Below are positions 18,783 to 27,498 of a stretch of 46,105 nucleotides of DNA, one piece after another. The notes below the pieces were generated by a model. It was given only the letters and a program-made list of their open reading frames with translations, did not search any database and was not told the origin of the DNA. A program made the position numbers and the translations under genes. The stretch's first letter is position 1. The number at the start of each line of letters is the position of its first letter. The DNA is taken from NCBI GenBank assembly GCA_035285545.1, contig JAYKGY010000115.1:1-46105 (forward strand), in the 5' to 3' direction. The DNA comes from Snowella sp. (GTDB lineage: Bacteria > Cyanobacteriota > Cyanobacteriia > Cyanobacteriales > Microcystaceae).

Positions 18783-20147
18783 ATGGCGATCGCGACGATT
18801 AATCCCAACACAGGGGAATGCCTTAAAACCTTTAGTCCCCATAGTCCAGCAGAGATTGAAAATAAGTTAGCTCTAGCGGCTCAAACGTTCCAAGACTATC
18901 GAAAATTACCGTTTAGCCAGCGTAGCCAATGGTTAAGCCAGGCATCCCAGATTTTGAAAGACAATGCCCGTGAATTTGCCGAATTGATGACCCTAGAAAT
19001 GGGTAAGCCGATTCAGCAGGCGATCGCGGAAGTCAATAAATCTGCTTTGGGTTGTCAGTTTTATGCTGACAATGCGGAAAAATTACTTGAAGATGAACTC
19101 GTAACGACCGATGCCCAAAAAAGCTTGATTCGCTACCAACCCTTGGGAATCATTTTAGCAGTCATGCCTTGGAATTTTCCCTTTTGGCAAGTCTTTCGCT
19201 TTGCGGCTCCGGCCTTGATGGCGGGTAATGTGGCAGTCTTAAAACATGCCTCTAATGTCCCCCAATGTGCTTTGAAGCTAGAAGAAATCTTTCGATTGGC
19301 CGGATTTCCTGAAGGGGCATTTCAAACCTTGTTAATCAGTGGGCCAGAAGCCTCCGCATTAATGGCTGATGCTCGCATCAAAGGAGCCGCGTTAACGGGT
19401 AGCGAACAGGCTGGTTCCAGTTTAGCCAGTGCCGCCGGGAAACAGATTAAAAGAACGGTTTTAGAATTGGGAGGCAGCGATCCCTTTATTGTCCTAGAAA
19501 GTGCCGATCTGGAAATGGCCGCTGATGTGGCAGTCTTTGCACGGATGCAGAATAATGGCCAATCCTGTATTGCGGCAAAGCGGTTTATTGTGGTGGATTC
19601 GGTCGCTGATCGCTTTTTTGATTTATTAACTCATAAGTTAAATGCGCTACAGGTCGGTGATCCGATGGATGAGCAAACGGACATTGGCCCCCTCGCCACA
19701 GAATCCATTCTTCGGGATTTAGAAAAACAAGTTGAGCAAACGGTACAAGCCGGAGCAACGGTTCGTTTAGGGGGGAAAGCCTTAGCGCAAATCGGTTATT
19801 TTTATCCCCCAACCTTGTTAATCGATATTCCCGCAACCGCCAGCACCTATCGCGAGGAATTTTTCGGCCCCGTTGCTTTGGGTTTTCGAGTCAAAAATTT
19901 GGATGAAGCGATCGCGTTAGCCAATGATATCCCCTTTGGACTCGGTGCTTCTGGCTGGACAAATGATCTCCAAGAACAAGAGAGATTAATCAATGAAATT
20001 GAAGCGGGGGCTGTTTTTATCAATGGGATGGTCAAATCCGATCCCCGTATTCCTTTCGGTGGCATTAAGCGGTCTGGCTACGGTCGAGAATTGGGCCGAA
20101 TGGGGATTTTAGAATTTGTCAATGCGAAAACGGTTTGGATTCAATAA
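18783..20147 (+). CDS. gabD: NAD(P)-dependent succinate-semialdehyde dehydrogenase
   Basis: MPWNFP, KHASNVP, LTGS, LELGGSDP, NNGQSCIAAKR, EEFFGP, FGGIKRSGYGRELG. Confidence 0.92.
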   Translation: MAIATINPNTGECLKTFSPHSPAEIENKLALAAQTFQDYRKLPFSQRSQWLSQASQILKDNAREFAELMTLEMGKPIQQAIAEVNKSALGCQFYADNAEKLLEDELVTTDAQKSLIRYQPLGIILAVMPWNFPFWQVFRFAAPALMAGNVAVLKHASNVPQCALKLEEIFRLAGFPEGAFQTLLISGPEASALMADARIKGAALTGSEQAGSSLASAAGKQIKRTVLELGGSDPFIVLESADLEMAADVAVFARMQNNGQSCIAAKRFIVVDSVADRFFDLLTHKLNALQVGDPMDEQTDIGPLATESILRDLEKQVEQTVQAGATVRLGGKALAQIGYFYPPTLLIDIPATASTYREEFFGPVALGFRVKNLDEAIALANDIPFGLGASGWTNDLQEQERLINEIEAGAVFINGMVKSDPRIPFGGIKRSGYGRELGRMGILEFVNAKTVWIQ

Positions 20148-20234
20148 TCAATACCAATGGCGATCGCCTATAGTTAAATCAATTTTGAGCCAACTCAATT
20201 AACTAACTTTATTTTCACTCGTATTTATTGATTT

Positions 20235-20831
20235 ATGACCCTCTCTGCTGCTTCTCTTGAAACCTTACCCTCCCTATTGCGGACTTGGACAGTCGCAGAA
20301 TACTATCAGATGGCGAAAACTGGAATCTTACAGCCTGATGAAAAAGTTGAACTCGTTGCAGGACAAATTATCAGAAACATGGCACCCCAAGGAAGTCACC
20401 ACGCTGCTGCAATTACCCGAACTAATCGTCTATTTAATCAATCCCTTCCTCCTTCTTTGTTGATCCGTTCCCAATTACCAATTCATCTTGATAATCATTC
20501 AGAACCGGAACCGGATGTCGCCTTGGTAAAAAGCGATCGCCTGGATTACGATGACCGTCACCCCAGAGCCGATGAGGTTCACTTGATTATTGAAATTTCT
20601 GAGGCCACGTTACGGGCGGATTTAACCCTCAAAAAACAGGTTTATGCCCAGGCAAATATTGCGGACTATTGGGTCTTAGACCTCACTAAACGTCAACTTT
20701 ACGTTTATCGGCAACCAACCAATGAGGGATATCAACAGGAAAAAATCTTATCGGAACAGGAAATGATTGCCCCGCTAGCTTTTCCGAGCTTGCAATTTCG
20801 GGTGGGGGATATGCTTCGTCCCCTGACTTAA
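20235..20831 (+). CDS. Uma2 family endonuclease (DUF820)
   Basis: WTVAEYYQM, SEPEPDVA, LIIEIS, K..YA.ANIADYWVLD. Confidence 0.92.
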   Translation: MTLSAASLETLPSLLRTWTVAEYYQMAKTGILQPDEKVELVAGQIIRNMAPQGSHHAAAITRTNRLFNQSLPPSLLIRSQLPIHLDNHSEPEPDVALVKSDRLDYDDRHPRADEVHLIIEISEATLRADLTLKKQVYAQANIADYWVLDLTKRQLYVYRQPTNEGYQQEKILSEQEMIAPLAFPSLQFRVGDMLRPLT

Positions 20832-21010
20832 AGGCGAAGTAAAGGGAGCAGGATTTCGGGTAGGAAATTTTCAAAAAATTGGCAGCCAGCAACGGTTGAA
20901 TTCGTTAGGCTAAAGAGGGAATTCCGCGATCGCCTCACTCCAGGCAAAATCATTAAGGGCTTACACAAGCACATTTATCATTTATCTAACTGAGGAACAG
21001 GTCTAAAACT

Positions 21011-22663
21011 ATGGGGCAACTCAATACCGCCGATTTATTGGTGCAATGCTTGGAAAACGAAGGGGTAGAGTACATTTTTGGGCTTCCTGGTGAAGAAAAT
21101 CTACATATTCTCGAAGCTTTAAAAAATTCATCCATTCGCTTTATTACCACCCGTCATGAACAGGGGGCGGCCTTTATGGCCGATGTTTATGGACGATTAA
21201 CGGGAAAAGCCGGCGTTTGTTTATCTACTTTAGGGCCTGGGGCGACCAATTTAATGACTGGGGTAGCCGATGCGAATTTAGATGGTGCGCCGCTCGTTGC
21301 CATTACCGGACAAGTGGGAACGGATCGGATGCACATTGAATCCCATCAATATCTCGATTTAGTGGCCATGTTTGCCCCTGTCACCAAATGGAATAAGCAA
21401 ATTGTCCGTCCCAGCATTACCCCAGAAGTGGTTCGCAAAGCCTTTAAAGTCGCCCAATCGGAAAAACCTGGGGCAACTCATATTGATCTGCCGGAAAATA
21501 TTGCCGCCATGCCCGTTGATGGTCAGCCCTTAGCCAAAGATAGTCAGGAAAAGGTTTATGCCGCTTACCGTACCCTCAATGCGGCCGCGATCGCCATTTC
21601 CAAAGCCAAAAACCCCTTAATTCTGGCAGGTAACGGAGCCATTCGAGCCGGAGCCAGTGAAGCCCTCACCGAATTTGCCACAGTTTTAAATATTCCCGTT
21701 GCCAATACTTTCATGGGCAAAGGAGCCATTCCCTATACCCATCCCCTTGCACTTTGGACAGTGGGACTCCAACAACGGGATGTCATTACCTGCGCCTTTG
21801 AACAGAGCGATCTCGTCATTGCGGTTGGTTATGACTTAATCGAGTATTCTCCCAAAAAATGGAATCCTGATGGCACGGTGCCCATTATCCATATCGGTAT
21901 GACTGCTGCCGAAATTGATAGTAGCTATATCCCCTTGGTCGAAGTCGTAGGCGATATTTCCGATTCCTTGATGGATATCTTAAAGCGAGCCGATCGCGCA
22001 GGTAAACCCACCCCCCAATCTGCCAATTTAAAATCTGAAATTCGGGCGGAATACGAATTTTATGCTCAGGATGAAGGTTTCCCCCTCAAACCCCAAAAAA
22101 TCATCTATGATCTGCGTCAAGTGATGGGGCCAGAAGATATCGTCATTTCCGATGTTGGTGCCCATAAAATGTGGATGGCCCGCCATTATCACTGTGATGC
22201 GCCCAATACCTGCTTAATTTCCAATGGATTTGCCGCAATGGGGATTGCCATTCCAGGGGCCCTCGCTGCAAAACTCGTTTACCCAGATCGCAAAGTGGTG
22301 GCAGTAACCGGAGACGGGGGATTTATGATGAATTGCCAGGAACTCGAAACAGCCCTGCGAGTGGGAACCCCCTTTGTGACGCTGATTTTTAATGATAATG
22401 GCTATGGCCTCATTGAATGGAAGCAAATCAATCAGTTTGGAGAATCCTCCTTTATTAAGTTTGGGAATCCCGATTTTGTGAAGTTTGCTGAAAGTATGGG
22501 CTTAAAAGGCTATCGGGTGGAATCGGCGGATGATCTCATTCCCATTTTAAAAACTGCCCTAGAACAGCCTGTCCCCACCGTCATTGATTGTCCAGTCGAT
22601 TACGGTGAAAATATTCGTTTTTCCCAAAAAGCAGGGGATTTAAGTTGTATTGTTTGGGGATAG
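21011..22663 (+). CDS. ogdA: ThDP-dependent 2-oxoglutarate decarboxylase (acetolactate synthase-like)
   Basis: FGLPGEEN, TRHEQGAAFMA and GDGGF...N ThDP motif; SHQYLD and SNGFAAMG mark the cyanobacterial OGDC-type subfamily; next to SSADH. Confidence 0.8.
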   Translation: MGQLNTADLLVQCLENEGVEYIFGLPGEENLHILEALKNSSIRFITTRHEQGAAFMADVYGRLTGKAGVCLSTLGPGATNLMTGVADANLDGAPLVAITGQVGTDRMHIESHQYLDLVAMFAPVTKWNKQIVRPSITPEVVRKAFKVAQSEKPGATHIDLPENIAAMPVDGQPLAKDSQEKVYAAYRTLNAAAIAISKAKNPLILAGNGAIRAGASEALTEFATVLNIPVANTFMGKGAIPYTHPLALWTVGLQQRDVITCAFEQSDLVIAVGYDLIEYSPKKWNPDGTVPIIHIGMTAAEIDSSYIPLVEVVGDISDSLMDILKRADRAGKPTPQSANLKSEIRAEYEFYAQDEGFPLKPQKIIYDLRQVMGPEDIVISDVGAHKMWMARHYHCDAPNTCLISNGFAAMGIAIPGALAAKLVYPDRKVVAVTGDGGFMMNCQELETALRVGTPFVTLIFNDNGYGLIEWKQINQFGESSFIKFGNPDFVKFAESMGLKGYRVESADDLIPILKTALEQPVPTVIDCPVDYGENIRFSQKAGDLSCIVWG

Positions 22664-22737
22664 ATTGACTGTATCTCTAGCAACCCATTATCGAAAATTT
22701 CTTGGTCTAAAAGTCCTAGATAATCCCTAAGTCACCA

Positions 22738-23526
22738 ATGAATGCCCCGCTGATTCGTTTATCCCAATCCCAATTACAGCTACTCGAAACCTGTCCTCCG
22801 CAATTTCAACGCCTTTATGTAGATCAATTAGGGTACGGAATTCACCCAGAACAGCAAGAAAAGCTCACTTGGGGGAGTCAATTTCATCGTTTAATGCAAC
22901 AACGGGAATTGGGTCTATCAGTTGATTCCTGGGGGGAATCGCAGGGGGAATTACAGCGATCGCTGAAGGCTTTAATTGAAGCAGTTCCCGAATTATACGC
23001 CCCTTCTCCTCATCAATGGCGGGAAGCAGAACATCATCGTAGTTTATCGATAAAGAATTACGTATTAACGGTTATTTATGACCTCTTAATCACAACGCCA
23101 CAACAGGCGCAGATCTTAGACTGGAAAACCTATTTACACCCCCAAAATCCCAACCAATTAATGGATCATTGGCAGACTAAATTATATTTATATGTTTTAG
23201 CTGAAACAACTGACTATTTACCCGAACAACTGTCAATGACCTATTGGTTTGTGAAATTGCCAACTCAACCTCAATCCTTAACCATTTCCTATAGCCGTAA
23301 ACAACATCAACAAAATCATCAACAATTAGAAAGTTTACTGACAAAATTTGCTCATTTGTTAATGGATTATGAACAAAATAAAATTCCCTTCCCCCATGTT
23401 CAAACATGTAATGAAAAAAACTGTCCCTACTATTCCGCTTTTCAAGGTTCCTCTCCCCCTTTACTGAGTGGGCAAAGGGATTGGTTAAATCTTATGGAAG
23501 AAAGTGAAGAGATTGCTTTAAGTTAA
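22738..23526 (+). CDS. PD-(D/E)XK nuclease family protein (RecB/AddB/Cas4-like fold)
   Basis: LSQSQLQLLETCP, GSQFH, YDLL, ILDWKT, QTKLY and C-terminal CNEKNCPY. Confidence 0.85.
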   Translation: MNAPLIRLSQSQLQLLETCPPQFQRLYVDQLGYGIHPEQQEKLTWGSQFHRLMQQRELGLSVDSWGESQGELQRSLKALIEAVPELYAPSPHQWREAEHHRSLSIKNYVLTVIYDLLITTPQQAQILDWKTYLHPQNPNQLMDHWQTKLYLYVLAETTDYLPEQLSMTYWFVKLPTQPQSLTISYSRKQHQQNHQQLESLLTKFAHLLMDYEQNKIPFPHVQTCNEKNCPYYSAFQGSSPPLLSGQRDWLNLMEESEEIALS

Positions 23527-23579
23527 CCAAAGGTTTGTCAATCCTGAATAGATTCAATCATCTTCTCGAAGAAATCGAT

Positions 23580-23717
23580 TAAGTAGAGCAACTCAATAAA
23601 ACGTTAAAAGAATTTAACAGTGTTAAATCCCTATGGAAAAAATTTGTGTAGGGACATAATACTATTATGTCCTTAGCGGTAAAACCCATGTTGTTTTTAA
23701 TTAAGTTAACTTACTTA
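23580..23717. mobile_element. MITE-like element with imperfect TAAGTA terminal repeats and a central GTAG-type REP hairpin
   Basis: Left end TAAGTAGAGCAACTCAATAAAA versus reverse complement of the right end TAAGTAAGTTAACTTAATTAAAAA; internal GTAG-GGACATAAT-act-ATTATGTCC palindrome at 23648-23672. Confidence 0.6.
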
Positions 23718-24167
23718 CCTATTTTGTCATCTTTATTTAGTCATAGATTGTAGTCCCCCCCCTTGCTTCCTTTCTTTCTCGATTCCAAGGTACTAAAACG
23801 GAAGTTCCGCTTTAATCCGTGACTTTTTAGCTAATTTTACAGTGGCAAAAGCTGACGGCAATCAAAGTTAATCTGTTAACCCTTTCTTTATTCAAATGGT
23901 TGCCACTTAAGCCTATGATTTTAACGAGCTTGATTTCCTCGGATTGAACCGTTGAATCATTGATCAATAGGGTAGGGATAAACCTAGAACCAAAGGCTTA
24001 AGACAGCGATTAAGGGAAAAGCACACCCTGACTTATCTATCAAAAGTTACAAAAAAATTAGGGATTGTCCTGATATCGGTTACACTGAGCTAAAGAATTA
24101 TCAAATTATCCTATATAGACAAAAAATTGTAACAAAACAATAAGTACTCGATCAAACTTAAGTTTTT

Positions 24168-25505
24168 ATGGAAGGATTACAAGCATTTATTGCAGGCTTC
24201 ACTTTTCTGGGAGTCATTATTGTTATTATTTTTGAAAAAATACATATTACTGTTGCGGCATTATTAGGTGCTCTCATTTTAGTTTTTACCCATGTAATGA
24301 CCTTATCCGAAGCGATTAATTACATTAGTCGTAGTCACGGAACCCTAGCATTATTTTTCGGGGTTATGATTTTGGTAAGAGCCTTTGAGCCGACGAAGAT
24401 TTTTGAGTATTTAGCCTCTAAAATGGTTTTGTTTGCAAAGGGAAGTGGGAAGCTTCTCTTGTTAGGAATTGTGGCCATTACTATCCCGATTTGTGCCGTT
24501 TTACCGAATGCAACAACGGTCATGTTATTAGCTCCCTTAATTCCTCCCATCGCGGCGGATATTGGGGTTGATTTTGTCCCGTTATTAATCTTGATGGTTT
24601 TTGTTGCAAATAGTGCGGGTTTGTTAACCCTAGTAGGCGATCCGGTAACGTTTATTGTGGGAGATGCTATTAATATTAGTTTTGTAGAATATTTACAAAA
24701 ACTCAGTCTAGGCGGCGTGGTTTCTTTAATTGTAATTGTTGCCTTGCTGCCAACCCTTTTTAAAGATATTTGGAATACCCAGTTTAAGGATTTAGAGCAT
24801 TTACCCCATCCTCAAATCAATCATCCTTTTGTGTTGTCTGTGGGGACTATTATTGTGGTTTTTGCACTCATCTTTTTTATGATTGGGGAATCCTTTCCTT
24901 TCCCGATTCCACCTGCTGCGGTGGCTCTTTTAGGGGGGACATTAGCCCTATTACTGGCTCATCAATCCAAAATTGATACGGTTCACAACATTTTACGAGA
25001 TGTGGATTGGAGTACGTTACTCTTTTTTATGTCTTTTTTTGTGTTAATTGGTGGCCTCGAAAAAACAGGGGTGATTACCAATTTATCCGGTTTACTTGCC
25101 CTGATTTTAGGTAAAAATCTTTTCTTTGCTACAATTGCCTTGCTCTTTGTTTCTGGGATTTTGTCGAGCTTAGTTCCAAATATCCCGATGGTGGTAGCAA
25201 TGATTCCGCTATTGAAGCAATACTTAATGACAGTGGGCTTACTCACGCCAGAGATGATGAATCCCTCTTTTTCTGGGCAGTTTCCTCCAGAGGTTTTACC
25301 GTTGTTCTATGCCATGATGTATGGGGCAACCTTAGGGGGCAATGGGACGTTGGTGGGGGCTTCTTCTAATATTGTTGCGGCGGGAATTGCGGAACAACAC
25401 GGCAAAAAGATTACGTTTCATGGGTTTCTGAAGTATGGTCTGCCGATTACGGGGGCACAATTACTGGTCAGTGCTATTTACATGATGATATTTTTCATTT
25501 TTTGA
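24168..25505 (+). CDS. ArsB/NhaD (P-protein-like, IT superfamily) anion transporter, Slr0753-like
   Basis: Multi-TM; LPNATTV, ANSAGLLTLVGDP, VDWSTLLFF, SSLVPNIP, GATLGGNGTLVGASSN. Confidence 0.88.
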   Translation: MEGLQAFIAGFTFLGVIIVIIFEKIHITVAALLGALILVFTHVMTLSEAINYISRSHGTLALFFGVMILVRAFEPTKIFEYLASKMVLFAKGSGKLLLLGIVAITIPICAVLPNATTVMLLAPLIPPIAADIGVDFVPLLILMVFVANSAGLLTLVGDPVTFIVGDAINISFVEYLQKLSLGGVVSLIVIVALLPTLFKDIWNTQFKDLEHLPHPQINHPFVLSVGTIIVVFALIFFMIGESFPFPIPPAAVALLGGTLALLLAHQSKIDTVHNILRDVDWSTLLFFMSFFVLIGGLEKTGVITNLSGLLALILGKNLFFATIALLFVSGILSSLVPNIPMVVAMIPLLKQYLMTVGLLTPEMMNPSFSGQFPPEVLPLFYAMMYGATLGGNGTLVGASSNIVAAGIAEQHGKKITFHGFLKYGLPITGAQLLVSAIYMMIFFIF

Positions 25506-25661
25506 TAGGTTTGGGAAAATCATTGCTTTCTTCAAGGCTAGATCATCACGGAATTCGCCTGGGTGAACCCCTGACTCCGCGATCGCGACAGAAAGAAGAA
25601 GTCTCAGTATCATGGGAAAAAGATGGATGAATTCTAGTCATTTAAACCATTGACGAGACTG

Positions 25662-26255
25662 ATGCACTTAAGATTCTCCCAGGATATTGAAGCGTTATTA
25701 CGAAAAGCGGCCTATGAGCCGTTAATTTTGCGTGATATGTTGGCTGTTACCGCAGAACGGGGATTTTGCTTGATGATTGCGCTGTTGGCTCTCCCCTTTA
25801 TTTTTCCCATTCCCCCAGGCTTAACGGGGATTGCAGGACTAGGGATTTTACTGTTATCGCTCCAAATGTTGCTGGGCTTTCATCAGCCCTGGTTACCCGC
25901 TAGAGTGGCGAATTTTCCCTTTCCTTCTAAAATTGCGAAACAACTTTTGAATCCGGTTAAGCGACTCAGCCGTATTCTAGAAAAGATTACCCGTCCCCGT
26001 TTGGCAGCGATCGCGCAGAACCGTTATATTTGGAAACTCAATGGTTTATTCTTAGTCTGGCTAACCTTGCTATTAATGTTACCCATTCCCTTTACCAATC
26101 CCTTGCCTGCGATAGGAATCTTGATCTTAGCGGTTGCCATGCTAGAAGCCGATGGGTTGTTAATGGGGATTGCTTACCTGTGGACAATCTTACTTACCTT
26201 GGGATTAATCTTTTTAGGCTCCAATCTTTGGGCGATCGCAGATGCTTGGCGATAG
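25662..26255 (+). CDS. exoD: Exopolysaccharide synthesis ExoD family membrane protein
   Basis: ALPFIFPIPPG, PWLP, LEKITRPR, LPIPFTNPLPA, EADG; ATG 25662 (alternative TTG 25650). Confidence 0.88.
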   Translation: MHLRFSQDIEALLRKAAYEPLILRDMLAVTAERGFCLMIALLALPFIFPIPPGLTGIAGLGILLLSLQMLLGFHQPWLPARVANFPFPSKIAKQLLNPVKRLSRILEKITRPRLAAIAQNRYIWKLNGLFLVWLTLLLMLPIPFTNPLPAIGILILAVAMLEADGLLMGIAYLWTILLTLGLIFLGSNLWAIADAWR

Positions 26256-26258
26256 AAC

Positions 26259-26540
26259 TTAATCGAGTGTTGAATTCTCAGATAGCGATAAATGTCTCAA
26301 AATTTTAACCATTTGTTCTTCCGTTCGGGTTTGCCGTTCAGATAACGCCGCTAATTGATGATAATAATCTGCTTGGACTTCATAGAAATTCGATTGAGCA
26401 GCCGCAATTCTCCCTAAATATTGATACCGTTGGTTTCTTTCGGCTCGTCTTTCTTCACGATCCGCTGCCATTGCGTCGGCTAAAGCGGCGATCGATTTTG
26501 CATTCGATTCAATCAAATTTTTGAGTTCGTTGTCAGTCAT
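26259..26540 (-). CDS. Small coiled-coil hypothetical protein
   Basis: 93 aa beginning MTDNELKNLIESNAKSI, a helical pattern common in cyanobacterial hypothetical proteins. Confidence 0.7.
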   Translation of the reverse strand: MTDNELKNLIESNAKSIAALADAMAADREERRAERNQRYQYLGRIAAAQSNFYEVQADYYHQLAALSERQTRTEEQMVKILRHLSLSENSTLD

Positions 26541-26610
26541 AATTCGTTAACGACAGGAAAATACCCGTTTCACATTTGATAGTTAGTTACAATCCGTTAC
26601 TGATTAATTC

Positions 26611-27498
26611 TTATTTTAAGATCAGTGCAAAAAGATTAGCGAATATGCTTAACCGTTGAATCGTAGCATCATCCCAAATTCGAGGAGACTGGCATTGAAC
26701 CGAGAGTAGTCCGTGAAGCTGTTGATTTTTCCATAACGGAACAGTGAGCAGAGCTTGACGTTGAAGCGTTAACCAGGGCGCGATCGCTGTCGAAGTCAGA
26801 TTTTCTTTTTGCAGATCAGAAATAGAAACCGCTAAACCCGCTTGATACTTGTCGCTGTAAGCCTTGGAAAGAGCTAATTCATCAAAACTCAGGGATTTAG
26901 CCGAGGGAAGGTTCGGTTTTAGGGATTCGAGTAAAATTTGTGACCCTGGGCACGCAAGGACAATGGCATCAACGTTCAGTAAGTTTTGAATTTGGCTTAA
27001 GGTGGCTTCTAAATCCAAAGAAAAGGAGGATTGATTCGAGTTTTTAAGTGTCGTCGCGAGTAAATTTTCCCAAGCCTGTTGCTGACGCAATTGCATTTGA
27101 GCCTGTTGGGTTTGGATTAAGCGGCGTACCCGTTGGGATAACACGCCCCAATGAATGGGTTTGGTAATATAGTCCGTCGCGCCTGCGGCAAAGGCTTGAT
27201 CCACCGATTCCTGGTCATCTAAAAAGGTGATCATTAATACCGTTGCATTTTCTCCCTGGGGTAACTGTCGTAATTGCTGACAGCAGGTAAACCCGTCCAT
27301 TTCCGGCATCATGGCATCTAACAAAACGATGTCAGGTTGGAGTTGCTGATATTTATGGAGTCCTTCTTGCCCATTAACCGCCTCTTCTGTGCGATAACCT
27401 TCACCTTTCATGGCTAATTTGAGCAGCGATCGCAGAGAACTATCGTCATCAACAATGAGAACAAGGGGGGCAGTTGAAGGGGTCAGCAGATCAGCCAT
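26611..27498 (-). CDS. Response regulator (receiver + GAF)
   Basis: LIVDDD, LLDAMMP, ITKP; C-terminal GAF-like LLTVPL...[16 protein letters not shown] 27498 overlaps the kinase 3' end. Confidence 0.88.
   Translation of the reverse strand: MADLLTPSTAPLVLIVDDDSSLRSLLKLAMKGEGYRTEEAVNGQEGLHKYQQLQPDIVLLDAMMPEMDGFTCCQQLRQLPQGENATVLMITFLDDQESVDQAFAAGATDYITKPIHWGVLSQRVRRLIQTQQAQMQLRQQQAWENLLATTLKNSNQSSFSLDLEATLSQIQNLLNVDAIVLACPGSQILLESLKPNLPSAKSLSFDELALSKAYSDKYQAGLAVSISDLQKENLTSTAIAPWLTLQRQALLTVPLWKNQQLHGLLSVQCQSPRIWDDATIQRLSIFANLFALILK

Noticed and set aside
22738..23526. Possible Cas4 or CRISPR locus
   Set aside because: No other cas genes and no repeat-spacer array anywhere in the window; treated as a stand-alone PD-(D/E)XK nuclease.
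23841..23908. AGTGGCAA...TTGCCACT inverted repeat upstream of the transporter as a possible riboswitch
   Set aside because: Could not match the conserved core of any riboswitch class by eye; needs an Rfam cmscan.
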